Assembly (NCBI GenBank): GCA_050949045.1
Contig: JBMNEZ010000001.1
Coordinates: 416,001 to 480,000, forward strand
Length of the DNA: 64,000 bases
Source: Candidatus Izemoplasmatales bacterium
GTDB lineage: Bacteria > Bacillota_I > Bacilli_A > Izemoplasmatales > Hujiaoplasmataceae
Direction: 5' to 3'
The translations under genes were made by a program, and so were the position numbers. The notes beneath the pieces were generated by a model. It searched no databases. It was not told the DNA's origin and saw nothing but the letters and a program-made list of their open reading frames with translations. How positions within the stretch are numbered: position 1 is the first letter of the stretch; every line of letters starts with the position of its first letter. Below are positions 44,625 through 55,287 of the stretch, piece after piece.

Positions 44625-45740
44625 ATGAACAAACGCGACTACTATGAAGTGCTGGGAGTAAGTAAAAACGCGACAGATGACGAAATCAAGAAAGCTTACC
44701 GCACACTTGCCAAAAGATACCATCCCGACGTTTCCAAGGAACCGAATGCCGAGGCGAAATTCAAAGAAGTTCAGGAAGCCTACGAAGTTTTGACGGATGA
44801 GACAAAAAGAGCCCAATATGACCAGTTTGGCCATCAGGGCCCCCAATCGGGTTTTGGCGGTTTTGGCGGCGGTTTCGACGGCTTTGATTTCGGCGATATT
44901 TTCTCCGCGTTTTTTGGCGGTCAGTCGCGGACAAGTCAAAGCCAAAGAACCAGACCCCGCAAGGGTTCCGACATTCAAAAGCGGATGACGATCACCTTTG
45001 AGGAGTCTATTTTTGGCAAAAAGGAGAAAATCAAGGTGCCGGTCTACGAGGAATGCCATGTCTGTCGCGGCAGCGGCGCCGCATCTCCCAAGGATATCCA
45101 AACCTGTTCAAAATGCCGTGGCAACGGCCAGGTGACCATGGAAACCCAAACCTTGTTTGGGCGAACCCAAACTAGGACGACCTGTCCCGTTTGCGGCGGT
45201 ACCGGGAAAGAAATTACGAAAAAGTGTTCCAACTGCAACGGCGAAGGCCTGGAAAGAATCGTCAAGGAAGTGGAGATCAAGGTGCCGGAAGGCATCGAAA
45301 CCGGCCAACAGATCCGGCTCGAGGGCTTTGGCAACAAGGGTTCGGGCGGCGGTCCGAGCGGCGATCTCTACATCGTCTTTGAGGTTCGTCCCTCAGACAC
45401 CTTCGTCCGCGAGGGTGACGATATCGTCATCAAGGTGCCGATCACCTTTTCACAGGCGGCTCTCGGAGCCGAGATTGAAATCCCGACGGTATATGGCAAA
45501 GTGCTTCTCAAGATCCCCGCTGGGACCCAATCCGACACCAAATTCCGGATCCGCGGCAAAGGCGCCCCCAATGTCCGGACCAAGGTGAACGGCGATCAGC
45601 ACGTGATCGTCTCGATTCAAACACCGACCAAACTCACGAGCGAACAGAAGAGCCTTTTCGAACAGCTCTCAAGAATCGAAGACAACCCTGAAAGCAAGTC
45701 GATGTGGGAGCGGTTCAAAAGCAGTTTCAGCCGCAAGTAA
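44625..45740 (+). CDS. dnaJ: Chaperone DnaJ
   Basis: J-domain HPD, G/F region, four CxxCxGxG motifs. Confidence 0.97.
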   Translation: MNKRDYYEVLGVSKNATDDEIKKAYRTLAKRYHPDVSKEPNAEAKFKEVQEAYEVLTDETKRAQYDQFGHQGPQSGFGGFGGGFDGFDFGDIFSAFFGGQSRTSQSQRTRPRKGSDIQKRMTITFEESIFGKKEKIKVPVYEECHVCRGSGAASPKDIQTCSKCRGNGQVTMETQTLFGRTQTRTTCPVCGGTGKEITKKCSNCNGEGLERIVKEVEIKVPEGIETGQQIRLEGFGNKGSGGGPSGDLYIVFEVRPSDTFVREGDDIVIKVPITFSQAALGAEIEIPTVYGKVLLKIPAGTQSDTKFRIRGKGAPNVRTKVNGDQHVIVSIQTPTKLTSEQKSLFEQLSRIEDNPESKSMWERFKSSFSRK

Positions 45741-45779
45741 AAGCCCTTTTTTTGATTCGGATATCTATAAGTACAAAAC

Positions 45780-45807
45780 AAAAGTTCCCTGTTGCTAGGG
45801 AACTTTT
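45780..45807. terminator. Bidirectional terminator between convergent genes
   Basis: AAAAGTTCCCT-loop-AGGGAACTTTT. Confidence 0.75.
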
Positions 45808-45823
45808 GGTTGTTAAGCAGTGC

Positions 45824-46486
45824 TTATTTGCCCTCGTAGAGGCCGATCGCGTCCCGGACGTCCTGGACGAAGATGATGCCCTTGCCTGGTTCATCGATCA
45901 ATAGTTCTTTGCGGATACTCTCGGTGATCGGCTTCACAAGCTCTTCTTTGCAGATGATCAGGACGAGTTCTTTTTCCGGCTCGATCGCAATCTGGAAGAT
46001 TTTCTCCTTTTCGTGGATCCCCGAGCCTCTGGCGTTGATCACCGTTCCGCCGTTGGCGCCGCCTTTACCGGCGGCCTCGAGCACGTCTTCGGCCTTGCCC
46101 TTATCCACGATCGTATAGATTGCCTTGTATTTCTTCATTGTTGGTTCCATCCTTTCTTTGTCCTCGTGAACTGAGGAACAACCGATGATACTGTCAAGGT
46201 CGAAAGCCAAGATGATGCCTTGCCCCGCTTTTTCAAAGCGCATTTTTTGAGCGATTGCGACCATCGCCTGGTCGCCTTCGCTTCTGTTGCCTGCCATCAA
46301 GACGATCTCCCTTTTGGAATTGGCAAGGCCGAGCAATTGCAAGATGCCTCCCGGCCTTGACCCGCGCCCTAGAAAGAGGGTGCTGCCAGTAAGACCGTTT
46401 TCCTTGGCGATTTTGAAAGCGATCCTGCCTTTTTGATCAGGGACGATCGCCAAATAAAGCGAGATATTATTGGTAAAATCAGTCAT
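45824..46486 (-). CDS. PII-family signalling protein with two tandem PII-like domains
   Basis: Two repeats 'G.T...[GA]RGS..' / 'K[RE]E[IL]VL' / 'G[QK]GII'; adjacent to DUF1538. Confidence 0.8.
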   Translation of the reverse strand: MTDFTNNISLYLAIVPDQKGRIAFKIAKENGLTGSTLFLGRGSRPGGILQLLGLANSKREIVLMAGNRSEGDQAMVAIAQKMRFEKAGQGIILAFDLDSIIGCSSVHEDKERMEPTMKKYKAIYTIVDKGKAEDVLEAAGKGGANGGTVINARGSGIHEKEKIFQIAIEPEKELVLIICKEELVKPITESIRKELLIDEPGKGIIFVQDVRDAIGLYEGK

Positions 46487-46490
46487 TTTG

Positions 46491-47939
46491 TCAACTCCTC
46501 TTTCTTGCTTTGACTTTATAGATGACGCCGAGAATCTCGATGGTGATGACCGGCATCATAGCGATCAAGCCGATCATCCCGAAAGCATCTGCGATCCCGA
46601 GTGTCGTACTTCCCTTGCCCATGGCGATGCCCTGGGAGAAGGCTAAGATGAAGGTGGCGGACATCGGTCCGCTCGCGACCCCGCCGGCATCAAAGGCCAT
46701 ACCAACAAACATTTTTGGGGAAACAAACATAAGAACGATGGCGATTAGATAACCAGGAAGCAGAATATGCCAGAGAAGGAACCCTTCGATTTGGATTCTG
46801 AGAACATTTAATACCAGAGCGAGCCCGACGCCAAGCGACAGCGAAAGCAAGACCAATTTTTTGGATACCGAACCCGTGGTGACTTCGTAGATCTGGTTTG
46901 TCAAGGGGTAGACCGCCGGTTCGGCGAGAACCGCAAAGACCCCCAGCAGGAAACTGATGGTGAGCACGAGGAACATTGAGTCGCCACTGACGTTTTGGCC
47001 GATGGCCGTGCCGACGGCGAGAAAACCCGAATAAACGCCATACAAGAACAATGTCAGTCCGATGAAGGAATAAAAATAGCCGAATAAATAACGGCCAAAA
47101 CGCCGGAACTTGATTTTAAAAAAGAGGAAATTGCTTATTAGGGTAATCACGAAGATCGGCGCTATCGCTAGGAAGGCATCAAGCATTGTCTCCAAAAATC
47201 CGTGAGATGAAACAGAGGGCTGATATTCGAGGCTAAAGGTTTTCGGATTGCTGGCTATCAAAACAATTAAACAAGCGATGATCGCCCCGGCGGTGGACAT
47301 GCCGACAAGGCCAAAACTATCTGTTTCGGCGCTTTTGCCATCGCGTCGCATCGAAGCGACACCGAGTGTGATCGCCAACAGAAATGGAACGGTGATCGCT
47401 CCGGTAGACGATGCGGAGACGTCGAAGGCGACGCCGTGGAGCTCCGGAACGATGAAAAGCGCAAGGATGAAGACGACCAAGTAGGTGATGCCGAACATAA
47501 GATGAAGGGGAATTTGAAAAAGGATTCTGATTATGGCAACACCGATCATGATACCGAAAAAAGCAGCCACCATCACCACGAGAGCGACTTGCTTGACATC
47601 GCCCTGGGTAATCATCTCTGCCATATTGCCGACAATCATCAAGTCGGGTTCGGCGATTGTGATCAGAAAGCCGAGCACGAAAGAGCCACAGATAATGATC
47701 CAGATGTTTTTGGATTTTGCGATCGTCTTTCCAAAGAGTTCGCCAACCGGGCTGATGCCTACTTCGACGCCGAAGAGGAAGATGCTGAGGCCGATCCAGA
47801 CAAAGAAGGCACCGAGAAAAAAGCGTCCTAACATCCCTGGTTCGAGCGGTTCGACGAACAGATGGATCATGGTGACGACGACGATTATCGGTAGTATCGA
47901 AAAAAAGACTTCTTTTAGTTTTTTGCCAAGTTCTTGCAA
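46491..47939 (-). CDS. DUF1538 family membrane protein (two fused repeats)
   Basis: Two halves each with 'AEP', 'AFD..[AG]..[ST]G', 'FG[LM][VI]G'; many TM helices. Confidence 0.8.
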   Translation of the reverse strand: MQELGKKLKEVFFSILPIIVVVTMIHLFVEPLEPGMLGRFFLGAFFVWIGLSIFLFGVEVGISPVGELFGKTIAKSKNIWIIICGSFVLGFLITIAEPDLMIVGNMAEMITQGDVKQVALVVMVAAFFGIMIGVAIIRILFQIPLHLMFGITYLVVFILALFIVPELHGVAFDVSASSTGAITVPFLLAITLGVASMRRDGKSAETDSFGLVGMSTAGAIIACLIVLIASNPKTFSLEYQPSVSSHGFLETMLDAFLAIAPIFVITLISNFLFFKIKFRRFGRYLFGYFYSFIGLTLFLYGVYSGFLAVGTAIGQNVSGDSMFLVLTISFLLGVFAVLAEPAVYPLTNQIYEVTTGSVSKKLVLLSLSLGVGLALVLNVLRIQIEGFLLWHILLPGYLIAIVLMFVSPKMFVGMAFDAGGVASGPMSATFILAFSQGIAMGKGSTTLGIADAFGMIGLIAMMPVITIEILGVIYKVKARKRS

Positions 47940-47982
47940 AGTGCTCCGCCTCTTTCTCTAAATATCGTAACTGACTTGACTG

Positions 47983-49257
47983 TCATTTCCAGTAATTGCT
48001 TTCAAGTTTCACTTTAAGTCCGTTGTTGGTCAAAAAGCGGAAGAAAACAGTCTCTAAACTCTTGTCCTGATAATTGCTCGTGAAGGCGATCGCCGCCTGA
48101 TTGTTCAAGGTTACACACGCAATTCCGGGTTTTGACCCCGAGGCAAGATTGAAGAAAATGCTCTTGATTTCATTTGTCATCGTTTTTGGAAAGGTGATTT
48201 CACCGAAATTAGTGAAGGAAGAGGTAATCGGCTTATGGGCGATGATGGAATAACCGATCTTCATTAACAATTTTTTCAGAAACAAAGGCATGATCCTGAT
48301 CAAAAAGTTTTTTTCAAACGACATGTTATGGTTGAGTTTGTTTTGTAGGTGTTCTTTGGTGAGGCCAACCGCAAAATCGCTTTTGATTTTCTCGAGAACA
48401 GCATCGAAAGTGATGCCTTCGGCGTATTGGTATGCGGTGTTGAAATAAAGCGAGAAGTTGCGCAATGATTTTGAGGGGAAGTGTCGCCTGAGATTAACCG
48501 CCACACTGACCGTTACCGGATGTTTCAGAAGTTTTTTCTGATCGCCGGTCAGGATGATAGAAAAGAGCAGATTGGCAGCCAAAAATTGCGAAACGCTTGC
48601 GCCGTAGCTTCTGGCCACTTCTTTCAACTTGGCGGCGTCGACCAAACCGGTGTTGATGCTGATGCCTTTTCTTTTGTAGTTTTTGCCGGTTATGTGGTAA
48701 GCGGGGATGAAAGAGTCTTTTATAATCTTTCCTTCTTTATAATAGACTTTATAACTGTCCACCAATTCCTCTTGATCCGGCAGATCGTCAAGTTTGAAGA
48801 CAGTGCCATCATTCACCTGGGGTTTGCCCATCGACTCAAGATACTTGAAAATGACAGCTTTGAGAAACTCGAGAGCTCCACTGCCGTCTGCCAGAGAGTG
48901 AAACATTTCCATAGATATCTTGGTTTCATGAAAGAAGAAAGTGAATAAATGATGATTGTTAGAATGGACATTGATGCTTTGACAGATATAAGGTGATTCG
49001 GGGAAAACCAAGGGATCCTTTTCGTTGGTATCGTAATAATACCAGAAAAAGCCACGCCTAAGTCTCACAAAAAAGGAAGGGAATCTGTTTTTACAGGCAA
49101 GAATCGCTTCCTTCAGTTTCATAGGATCGACCAATTCCTTCATATTGACAGACATCCGGAAAAGGCCTGAGGTCTTAGCACTATGAATTATTGGATAGAT
49201 CTTAGCAGCGTTGTCGAGCTTGAACCAACGTTTTTCGGTAATTGCTTCTTTGATCAT
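47983..49257 (-). CDS. Alcohol acetyltransferase/condensation-fold acyltransferase
   Basis: 'WFKLDNAAKIYP','RRGFFWYY', HxxxDG motif 'FHSLADG','VNLRRHFPSKSLRNF'; start re-called at ATG 49257. Confidence 0.78.
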   Translation of the reverse strand: MIKEAITEKRWFKLDNAAKIYPIIHSAKTSGLFRMSVNMKELVDPMKLKEAILACKNRFPSFFVRLRRGFFWYYYDTNEKDPLVFPESPYICQSINVHSNNHHLFTFFFHETKISMEMFHSLADGSGALEFLKAVIFKYLESMGKPQVNDGTVFKLDDLPDQEELVDSYKVYYKEGKIIKDSFIPAYHITGKNYKRKGISINTGLVDAAKLKEVARSYGASVSQFLAANLLFSIILTGDQKKLLKHPVTVSVAVNLRRHFPSKSLRNFSLYFNTAYQYAEGITFDAVLEKIKSDFAVGLTKEHLQNKLNHNMSFEKNFLIRIMPLFLKKLLMKIGYSIIAHKPITSSFTNFGEITFPKTMTNEIKSIFFNLASGSKPGIACVTLNNQAAIAFTSNYQDKSLETVFFRFLTNNGLKVKLESNYWK

Positions 49258-49552
49258 CAGGCAGTCACTTTCTTTCCCATACAAAGGCATTATATAAAAA
49301 AAACCAATTATTGTAAAGCGTGTCAATATGTTTATTTCCCAAAACGATTTAAGGAATCAGACATAAATCGTTAATAATAATTAAAGAGTTTGATGCGATA
49401 TATTAATATACAAGGGATAAATTATTGTAGACAATCATTTATAAAAACGCCATTTGAATATCAATAATTGATGTCTTTTTTTGTCTTCAAATGATCGTTT
49501 ATAAGAAATAATCAAAAAAAACAAAATAATTGTTTACAACTCGATATGTAAT

Positions 49553-49642
49553 CAGTTATAATATAACCAGTTTATGCATAAACAGTATATGCATAACGTG
49601 AATATGCAAAAACAATTTATATATAAACATCTTATATAGTGA
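49553..49642 (+). repeat. Six degenerate 15-bp tandem repeats over the promoter/5' UTR of padR-jetABC
   Basis: CAGTTATAATATAAC, CAGTTTATGCATAAA, CAGTATATGCATAAC, GTGAATATGCAAAAA, CAATTTATATATAAA, CATCTTATATAGTGA; includes palindrome GTTTATGCATAAAC (49570-49583). Confidence 0.7.
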
Positions 49643-49655
49643 AGGGGGTGAGGTA

Positions 49656-50015
49656 ATGACGAATTCCGGCGAATACATCAGGGGATTCACCGATTTCATT
49701 GTATTGTCAATCCTTTCAAAGTTCGACAGCTACGGTTATGAGATGAGCAAGATTATCGAGAGCGTCAGTGATCAATCGTTGCAAGTCACGGAAGCAGCGC
49801 TCTATTTTGCATTGAAGAGACTGATGGAAGACGATAAGATTGATTCTTATCGACGAAAAAATAAAAAGGGCATGAACCGGCGTTATTACCGCATTACTCC
49901 CGAAGGCGAAAAGGCGCTGAAGGATTTTCGCAAGGACTGGGTTTTGATCGAGAGCACATTGTCGAGCCTAGTTGGCGGCAAGTTCGAATATACACGGGAA
50001 GATAGTTTGGAGTAG
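49656..50015 (+). CDS. PadR-family transcriptional regulator
   Basis: 'VLSILS..DSYGYEM','EAALYFALKRL','RRYYRITPEG'. Confidence 0.92.
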   Translation: MTNSGEYIRGFTDFIVLSILSKFDSYGYEMSKIIESVSDQSLQVTEAALYFALKRLMEDDKIDSYRRKNKKGMNRRYYRITPEGEKALKDFRKDWVLIESTLSSLVGGKFEYTREDSLE

Positions 50016-50026
50016 GAGTGATATTG

Positions 50027-51421
50027 ATGGATCTATTCAACATTATACCGGCGAATTTCTTCAATCTATTGACCGGTAAAAACCAAAACATGTATGTTAA
50101 CGCCCTCTTCCAGGTTTTTAAGGCCTATGAACAAGGGTCGGTGCTTGGGATGGACAAGCAGATTGCACAACAGGCAATCATTGATTTTTTAGAGATGAAT
50201 CCCGATCTTGAAGTCGATGATGTCGACTTTGACGCGACGGTCAGAGACAAGGCCAATCAGATTTTGAGGCGTTTCGAGGAATGTGAGTGGATTGACATCG
50301 ATGTCAACAACGACTATGTCGAGATCCTCAACTTCCGTGATTACGCGATCACAATCATCGAAGCCTTGAAAGAAATCACGACCGACACCGGCTATGGCTA
50401 CAGCGATGAAACACACGAGTTTCGCGGTTACATCTTCACCGCGTATTCGCTTTTGATGAACGACCATGGCGAATACGCGATGGTCATCGATCAAGTCTAC
50501 AAAAACACGATTGCTTTTGTCAGAGAAATCCGCAAACTTGACTCGAGATTGAAATATTATATCAGACAGATCATCGAGAACTCGGAAATCAAGGATTTGA
50601 TCCATTTATTGGTCAACTACAAGGTAGAACTGATGGATCAGGCGTATTACCGCTTGAAGACAAGCGACAATGTCAACAAATACAAACTTGAAATCATTAA
50701 GAAGCTCGAGCAGTACCAGCAGAATACCGTCATCATGGAGATGGTTGCCTCCGAATACTTGTCGAAGAGCGGGAACAACTACGATCTTGCGAGGATCAAG
50801 GCGAACAAGAAGATCGACGACATTATCGATATCTATAATTCCCTTGAATGGATCATCGATGAAATCGACAACAAGAACAAAGTCTACGTCAATACGACGA
50901 TTGCCAAGATTAAGTTTCTCCTCAACGACGATGAGAACATCATCGGCAAACTGAACCGGATCTTAAAATACACCGCTTCGCGCATCAAGGGTAAAAAGAC
51001 CGACCAGGCTTTGCGAACGATCAAACCTCTGTTTGCGCTGCCAGAGAGCCTGCAAATCTCGCAAAACTCACTGTTCACGCCAAGAGGAGCCTATTCGCGG
51101 AGCAAGGAGCAGTTCCTCCAGAAAAACCTGAACAGTCCGTCGAATCACCTACAGGAGGAATTCTACAAAGAATTCGAAAGCAACTACTCGTCAGAGGTCA
51201 TCAAACGTTATTTGCAGGAATATTTTAAGACCAGACCTTCGATCAAAGCTTCGGAAATCATGAGAAACGATATGTCCGATGAAGCGATCTTAAGGCTCTT
51301 ATACATCCTTATCTACGCGGGCGACGAACTCGACTACTCGATCGTGCCGTTGAAGAACGATATCGAACACGAAAGGTTCCAAATGAGCGACTTTGAAATC
51401 ATCAGGGGGTATGAACTATGA
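50027..51421 (+). CDS. jetA: Wadjet JetA/MksF-like kleisin (DUF5716-type)
   Basis: 'LFNIIPANFFNLL..KN..Y','ILRRFEECEWI','LKTSDNV'; first gene of the ABC trio; start re-called at ATG 50027. Confidence 0.7.
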   Translation: MDLFNIIPANFFNLLTGKNQNMYVNALFQVFKAYEQGSVLGMDKQIAQQAIIDFLEMNPDLEVDDVDFDATVRDKANQILRRFEECEWIDIDVNNDYVEILNFRDYAITIIEALKEITTDTGYGYSDETHEFRGYIFTAYSLLMNDHGEYAMVIDQVYKNTIAFVREIRKLDSRLKYYIRQIIENSEIKDLIHLLVNYKVELMDQAYYRLKTSDNVNKYKLEIIKKLEQYQQNTVIMEMVASEYLSKSGNNYDLARIKANKKIDDIIDIYNSLEWIIDEIDNKNKVYVNTTIAKIKFLLNDDENIIGKLNRILKYTASRIKGKKTDQALRTIKPLFALPESLQISQNSLFTPRGAYSRSKEQFLQKNLNSPSNHLQEEFYKEFESNYSSEVIKRYLQEYFKTRPSIKASEIMRNDMSDEAILRLLYILIYAGDELDYSIVPLKNDIEHERFQMSDFEIIRGYEL

Positions 51422-52023
51422 TTCTCGAAAACTTTGAAAACCTGAACATGGGGCAAAAACAGCTATTCAGCGATACTTGCAACAAACTGCTCTCAACCGG
51501 CTTCCTTGCCCGGGACAAACGCGACAACAAGGAACAATATTATTTCCTATTGAGCTTCAAGAATTACTTCGATGAGTACTTCGGGGTGATCAACTACGAG
51601 ATCCAAATCGACCGGGAAAGAGGAGCCGTCCAACTTGTCAGCAAAGAGAATCGAAACCTCTTGCGTCTCAAGAAAGACGAGTCGTTGATTCTCCTTATCC
51701 TGAGAGTGCTCTACCACCAGCATCTCGTTGAAACTTCGATCAATGACAACGTCGTGATCAAAATCGACGAGATCCACCAGAAATACGACGCTCTTGAACT
51801 GAAGCGGAAGATTAACAAGACCGACCTTGTCCAGATCTTGAGGCTCTACCGGAGATATAACCTGATCGAACCGCTCGGGGATATCACCCAAGGCAACACC
51901 AAAGTAATCATCTATCCAACGATTATGCTTGCGATCAACACCAATGAAATCAGAGATGTCTATGATCTGATCGGCAAAATGGCCGATCACGAAGGAGGGA
52001 TTTCCGATGAAGAAACTGACTAA
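51418..52023 (+). CDS. jetB: Wadjet JetB/MksE-like protein (DUF4194-type)
   Basis: 201 aa; 'LKKDESLILLILRVLY','LYRRYNLI','IYPTI'; lies between kleisin-like and SMC-like genes. Confidence 0.72.
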   Translation: MILENFENLNMGQKQLFSDTCNKLLSTGFLARDKRDNKEQYYFLLSFKNYFDEYFGVINYEIQIDRERGAVQLVSKENRNLLRLKKDESLILLILRVLYHQHLVETSINDNVVIKIDEIHQKYDALELKRKINKTDLVQILRLYRRYNLIEPLGDITQGNTKVIIYPTIMLAINTNEIRDVYDLIGKMADHEGGISDEETD

Positions 52024-55000
52024 GATCAGACTCATCAACTGGCACTATTTCGCCAATGAAACGATTTACATCAAGAACAATACGCTAATTACCGGGCAAA
52101 ACGCGACTGGGAAATCAACGATTGTCGATGCGATTGCTTTTGTGATCACTGCCGGCGACCAGATTTTCAATCTGGCAGCCAACGAAAAGAGCAAGCGTGA
52201 TCTCCGCGGGTATGTCAAGTGCAAGCTTGGCATTGACAATCAGGAATACCTACGGGACGGCGACGTCACCGGACATGTCGCCCTCGAGTTTTTTGACGAA
52301 GTCAAGGAAAAATATTTCACGATTGGCACCGTAATCGATGCCTTTGGCGAAGTTATGGCGCCGAAGTATCTTTTCTACGAACTCGAAGGTCCGATTTCGG
52401 AAAGCCTTTTCGTCGACGATGAGAGCAGAATCAGAACGACCATGCTCTTCAAGAAAGCGAAACTGGCGGACAAGATCTATCCGACCAGACGCGAGGCAAA
52501 ACTCGCCTTCCGCTCCCGTTTCGGCTCGATCAACGAGACCTATTTCCGCTTGTTGCCGAAGGCACTTGCCTTCAAACCGATCGCCGATGTCAAGGATTTC
52601 ATCTACCACTATTTGCTCGAGGAGAAGGTCCTCGACGTCGAATCAATCAAGGAGTCGATCCAGTCTTATCGCGATCTTGAGGCCACTCTCAAAATCATCA
52701 AGCAGAAGATCACGAGCCTCCAGGAGATCAAGGACGTCTACGAGAATATCCAGAAGAACCAAAGCCAGAAAGAATTCCTTGAGTACTTCTTGAAGTTGAT
52801 TGATGTCGAGGTAATCAGGGAAGATATTAGAAAGAAACAGAAGCAACTGGAAAAAATCGCCGTCAGTCGCGAGAAAAACCAAAAACTGATAGCGGAGCTC
52901 GACCATCAGTTGGAAATCCTTGATGATCGTAGCAAAGAAGTCTATTCTCTCCTGCAGTCCGATTCGGCCTTCAAAGCCGGCGAGATTTACGACAAGGAGA
53001 TCATTTCCCTGACCCAGAAAATCGACGAAAAGGAAGAAGTAAAACAGTACCTTTCACGCAAAGTCGAAAAGGTCAAGGTTTTGATCAACGAACTCAAGAC
53101 CGAGTACAAGCGGCCGCTCTACGATCAACTGGCCAAGATCGATTTTCTTGATGTCCCGGACGAAGCCTTTGACAAGACCAGACTGCAACTTACAGATATC
53201 GATCGTCAACTCCAAAGCCAGATCGAGGCCAACCAGAAAGAAAGCGGTCGGCTTGAGGCTGAAAAAAACCAAATGATCGGCGAAATCAACGAAGTCTATC
53301 AGACTTTGAAGGAACTCGAAAACCATCAACTTCGCTACAATCCGATGGTCAAGAGACTTCAGAGTGCGATCGAAGACGGTGTAAAAGAACAAACCGGCGA
53401 GAGTATCAGCGTCCACATTCTCGCAGAACTTCTCGAAGTGACCGATCCAAAGTGGCGTGACACCGTCGAGGACTTCCTCGGGCAACAACGCTTCAATTTG
53501 ATTGTCGAGCCTCGCTACTTCGATGTCGCTTTGAGAATCTACAACCAGATCAAGGACAATCTCAAAATTTACAACATCGGCCTTGTGAACACCAAGAAAA
53601 TCCAACACTTCAACAATCCCGAAGCGAATTCTCTAGCGACGATCATCGTCTCTGACAATATCGATGCCAAACACTTTGTGAACATGATCTGTGGTAACTT
53701 GATCATGGTGGATGCAGTCGAGAATCTCGAGAATCACCCGCAGGCGATTACCAGGGACGGGATGATTTACCGTTCTTATACGGTGAGAAGCCTGAATCGC
53801 AACACCGAAAAGCCGTTCATCGGTAAAAGAGCTCATGAGGAACAAACCGAGAAATGGCGCCATCAAGCCAAAAAATGCAAGGAAGAATTCCAGCATATCC
53901 AAAATAGGCTCCAACGGCTCGAGGAAGAGACAGGCGCCATCGCAGGCCTCGGTATCCCGGGTCTAGTTGAAATGATGGCCCAGACCCGCTCGCTCGCAGA
54001 GCTTAAGGACAAACGCAAGGAGCTCTCCCTCAAGAAACAAAACGTTCCGAAGGAAAGCATGAACCAATTGCGGCTCGAATACGAGGCGATCAAGGAAGAG
54101 ACCAGAGGCTATGCCAACAATCGCCGCAAGGCCTATGAAGAAAACGGCAAACTCCAATCCGACGATTTCAAGATCCAAGAAGAGATCCTCGCGCTCGAGA
54201 CCAGGCTCAATCTTCTCCAGCAGGAAATTGTTCTGCTCGCCAGCGAGAATCTGACGATGGAGGCCGAGGCCAACGAACTTTACAAACAAGAGATCCTCAA
54301 CGCTCCTGACAAGAAGAAAGTCGTCCAGCAATATCAGTTGCGGATCGAGACCGAACTCCAAAACCTGATCAACCTCGAAGACGATCTCAAAGCCAAGCAG
54401 TTCAAGTACACAAGCACTTATAATCTTAGTTATTCTTTCGGCTTTGAGTATATGGCGGAATACCTGCAGGAAATGGACAAACTCGTCAAAAGCGAACTGA
54501 TCAAGTATGAAACCAAAGTCAGAGAAGCGAGAGAAGTCGCCGAGAGACTGTTTAAGGAAGATTTTCTCGCCAAACTCAGGAACTATATCGTCAGCGCTCA
54601 GGAAGAGATCAAAAAGATCAATGATACCCTGCAAACGATCAAGTTCGGGGAAGACACTTACGAGTTCATCTTCCCGAAGAGCAAGGAATACGGCGACTAC
54701 TATGATATGGTCCTTGCGGACGAGTCGATGAAGAGCGGCGGTGAGATCTTCAACTACGAATTCGAAATGAAGTATCAGCGTCAACTTGAGGAACTATTCA
54801 TCAACCTTGCATCAAGCGACCTCAATGATCAGGGCACCATTAACAAATTCACCGACTACCGCACCTATATGGACTACGATATCAAAATCAAGAACAACCG
54901 CGGCGATGTCATCCTCTATTCCAAAGTATTTAAGGAGAAATCCGGTGGTGAGACTCAGGTACCCTTCTACGTAGCGACGCTGGCTTCCTTTGTCCGGGTT

Positions 55001-55249
55001 TTCCAACAAGCCCAGCGCGGGAATGTCAACGATGCGATCGGCCTGATTCTCTTCGATGAGGTCTTCGACAAGATGGATACCTCGAGAATCAAATCGATGA
55101 TGGAATTCATCCAGTGCCTTCCGGTCCAGATCATCCTGGCGACTCCGCCCCAAAAGATGGAGGTTCTGAGCAAATATACGGATACGACAGTGGTTACCCT
55201 CCGAGAAGGACGGGCCGCAAGAGCCTACGAAGTTGTCCAAAAATACTAA
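52007..55249 (+). CDS. jetC: SMC-like ATPase JetC/MksB
   Basis: 'RLINWHYF', Walker A GQNATGKST, long coiled coils with hinge, signature SGGETQ, Walker B LILFDE. Confidence 0.85.
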   Translation: MKKLTKIRLINWHYFANETIYIKNNTLITGQNATGKSTIVDAIAFVITAGDQIFNLAANEKSKRDLRGYVKCKLGIDNQEYLRDGDVTGHVALEFFDEVKEKYFTIGTVIDAFGEVMAPKYLFYELEGPISESLFVDDESRIRTTMLFKKAKLADKIYPTRREAKLAFRSRFGSINETYFRLLPKALAFKPIADVKDFIYHYLLEEKVLDVESIKESIQSYRDLEATLKIIKQKITSLQEIKDVYENIQKNQSQKEFLEYFLKLIDVEVIREDIRKKQKQLEKIAVSREKNQKLIAELDHQLEILDDRSKEVYSLLQSDSAFKAGEIYDKEIISLTQKIDEKEEVKQYLSRKVEKVKVLINELKTEYKRPLYDQLAKIDFLDVPDEAFDKTRLQLTDIDRQLQSQIEANQKESGRLEAEKNQMIGEINEVYQTLKELENHQLRYNPMVKRLQSAIEDGVKEQTGESISVHILAELLEVTDPKWRDTVEDFLGQQRFNLIVEPRYFDVALRIYNQIKDNLKIYNIGLVNTKKIQHFNNPEANSLATIIVSDNIDAKHFVNMICGNLIMVDAVENLENHPQAITRDGMIYRSYTVRSLNRNTEKPFIGKRAHEEQTEKWRHQAKKCKEEFQHIQNRLQRLEEETGAIAGLGIPGLVEMMAQTRSLAELKDKRKELSLKKQNVPKESMNQLRLEYEAIKEETRGYANNRRKAYEENGKLQSDDFKIQEEILALETRLNLLQQEIVLLASENLTMEAEANELYKQEILNAPDKKKVVQQYQLRIETELQNLINLEDDLKAKQFKYTSTYNLSYSFGFEYMAEYLQEMDKLVKSELIKYETKVREAREVAERLFKEDFLAKLRNYIVSAQEEIKKINDTLQTIKFGEDTYEFIFPKSKEYGDYYDMVLADESMKSGGEIFNYEFEMKYQRQLEELFINLASSDLNDQGTINKFTDYRTYMDYDIKIKNNRGDVILYSKVFKEKSGGETQVPFYVATLASFVRVFQQAQRGNVNDAIGLILFDEVFDKMDTSRIKSMMEFIQCLPVQIILATPPQKMEVLSKYTDTTVVTLREGRAARAYEVVQKY

Positions 55250-55287
55250 ATGTAAAAAATAGCTGAGAGATCGGCTATTTTTTACAT
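55250..55287 (+). terminator. Strong hairpin terminator directly after jetC
   Basis: ATGTAAAAAATAGCTGA-gaga-TCGGCTATTTTTTACAT. Confidence 0.8.

Noticed and set aside
49553..49642. CRISPR array or iterons
   Set aside because: Repeats are contiguous 15-mers without spacers; no cas or rep gene nearby
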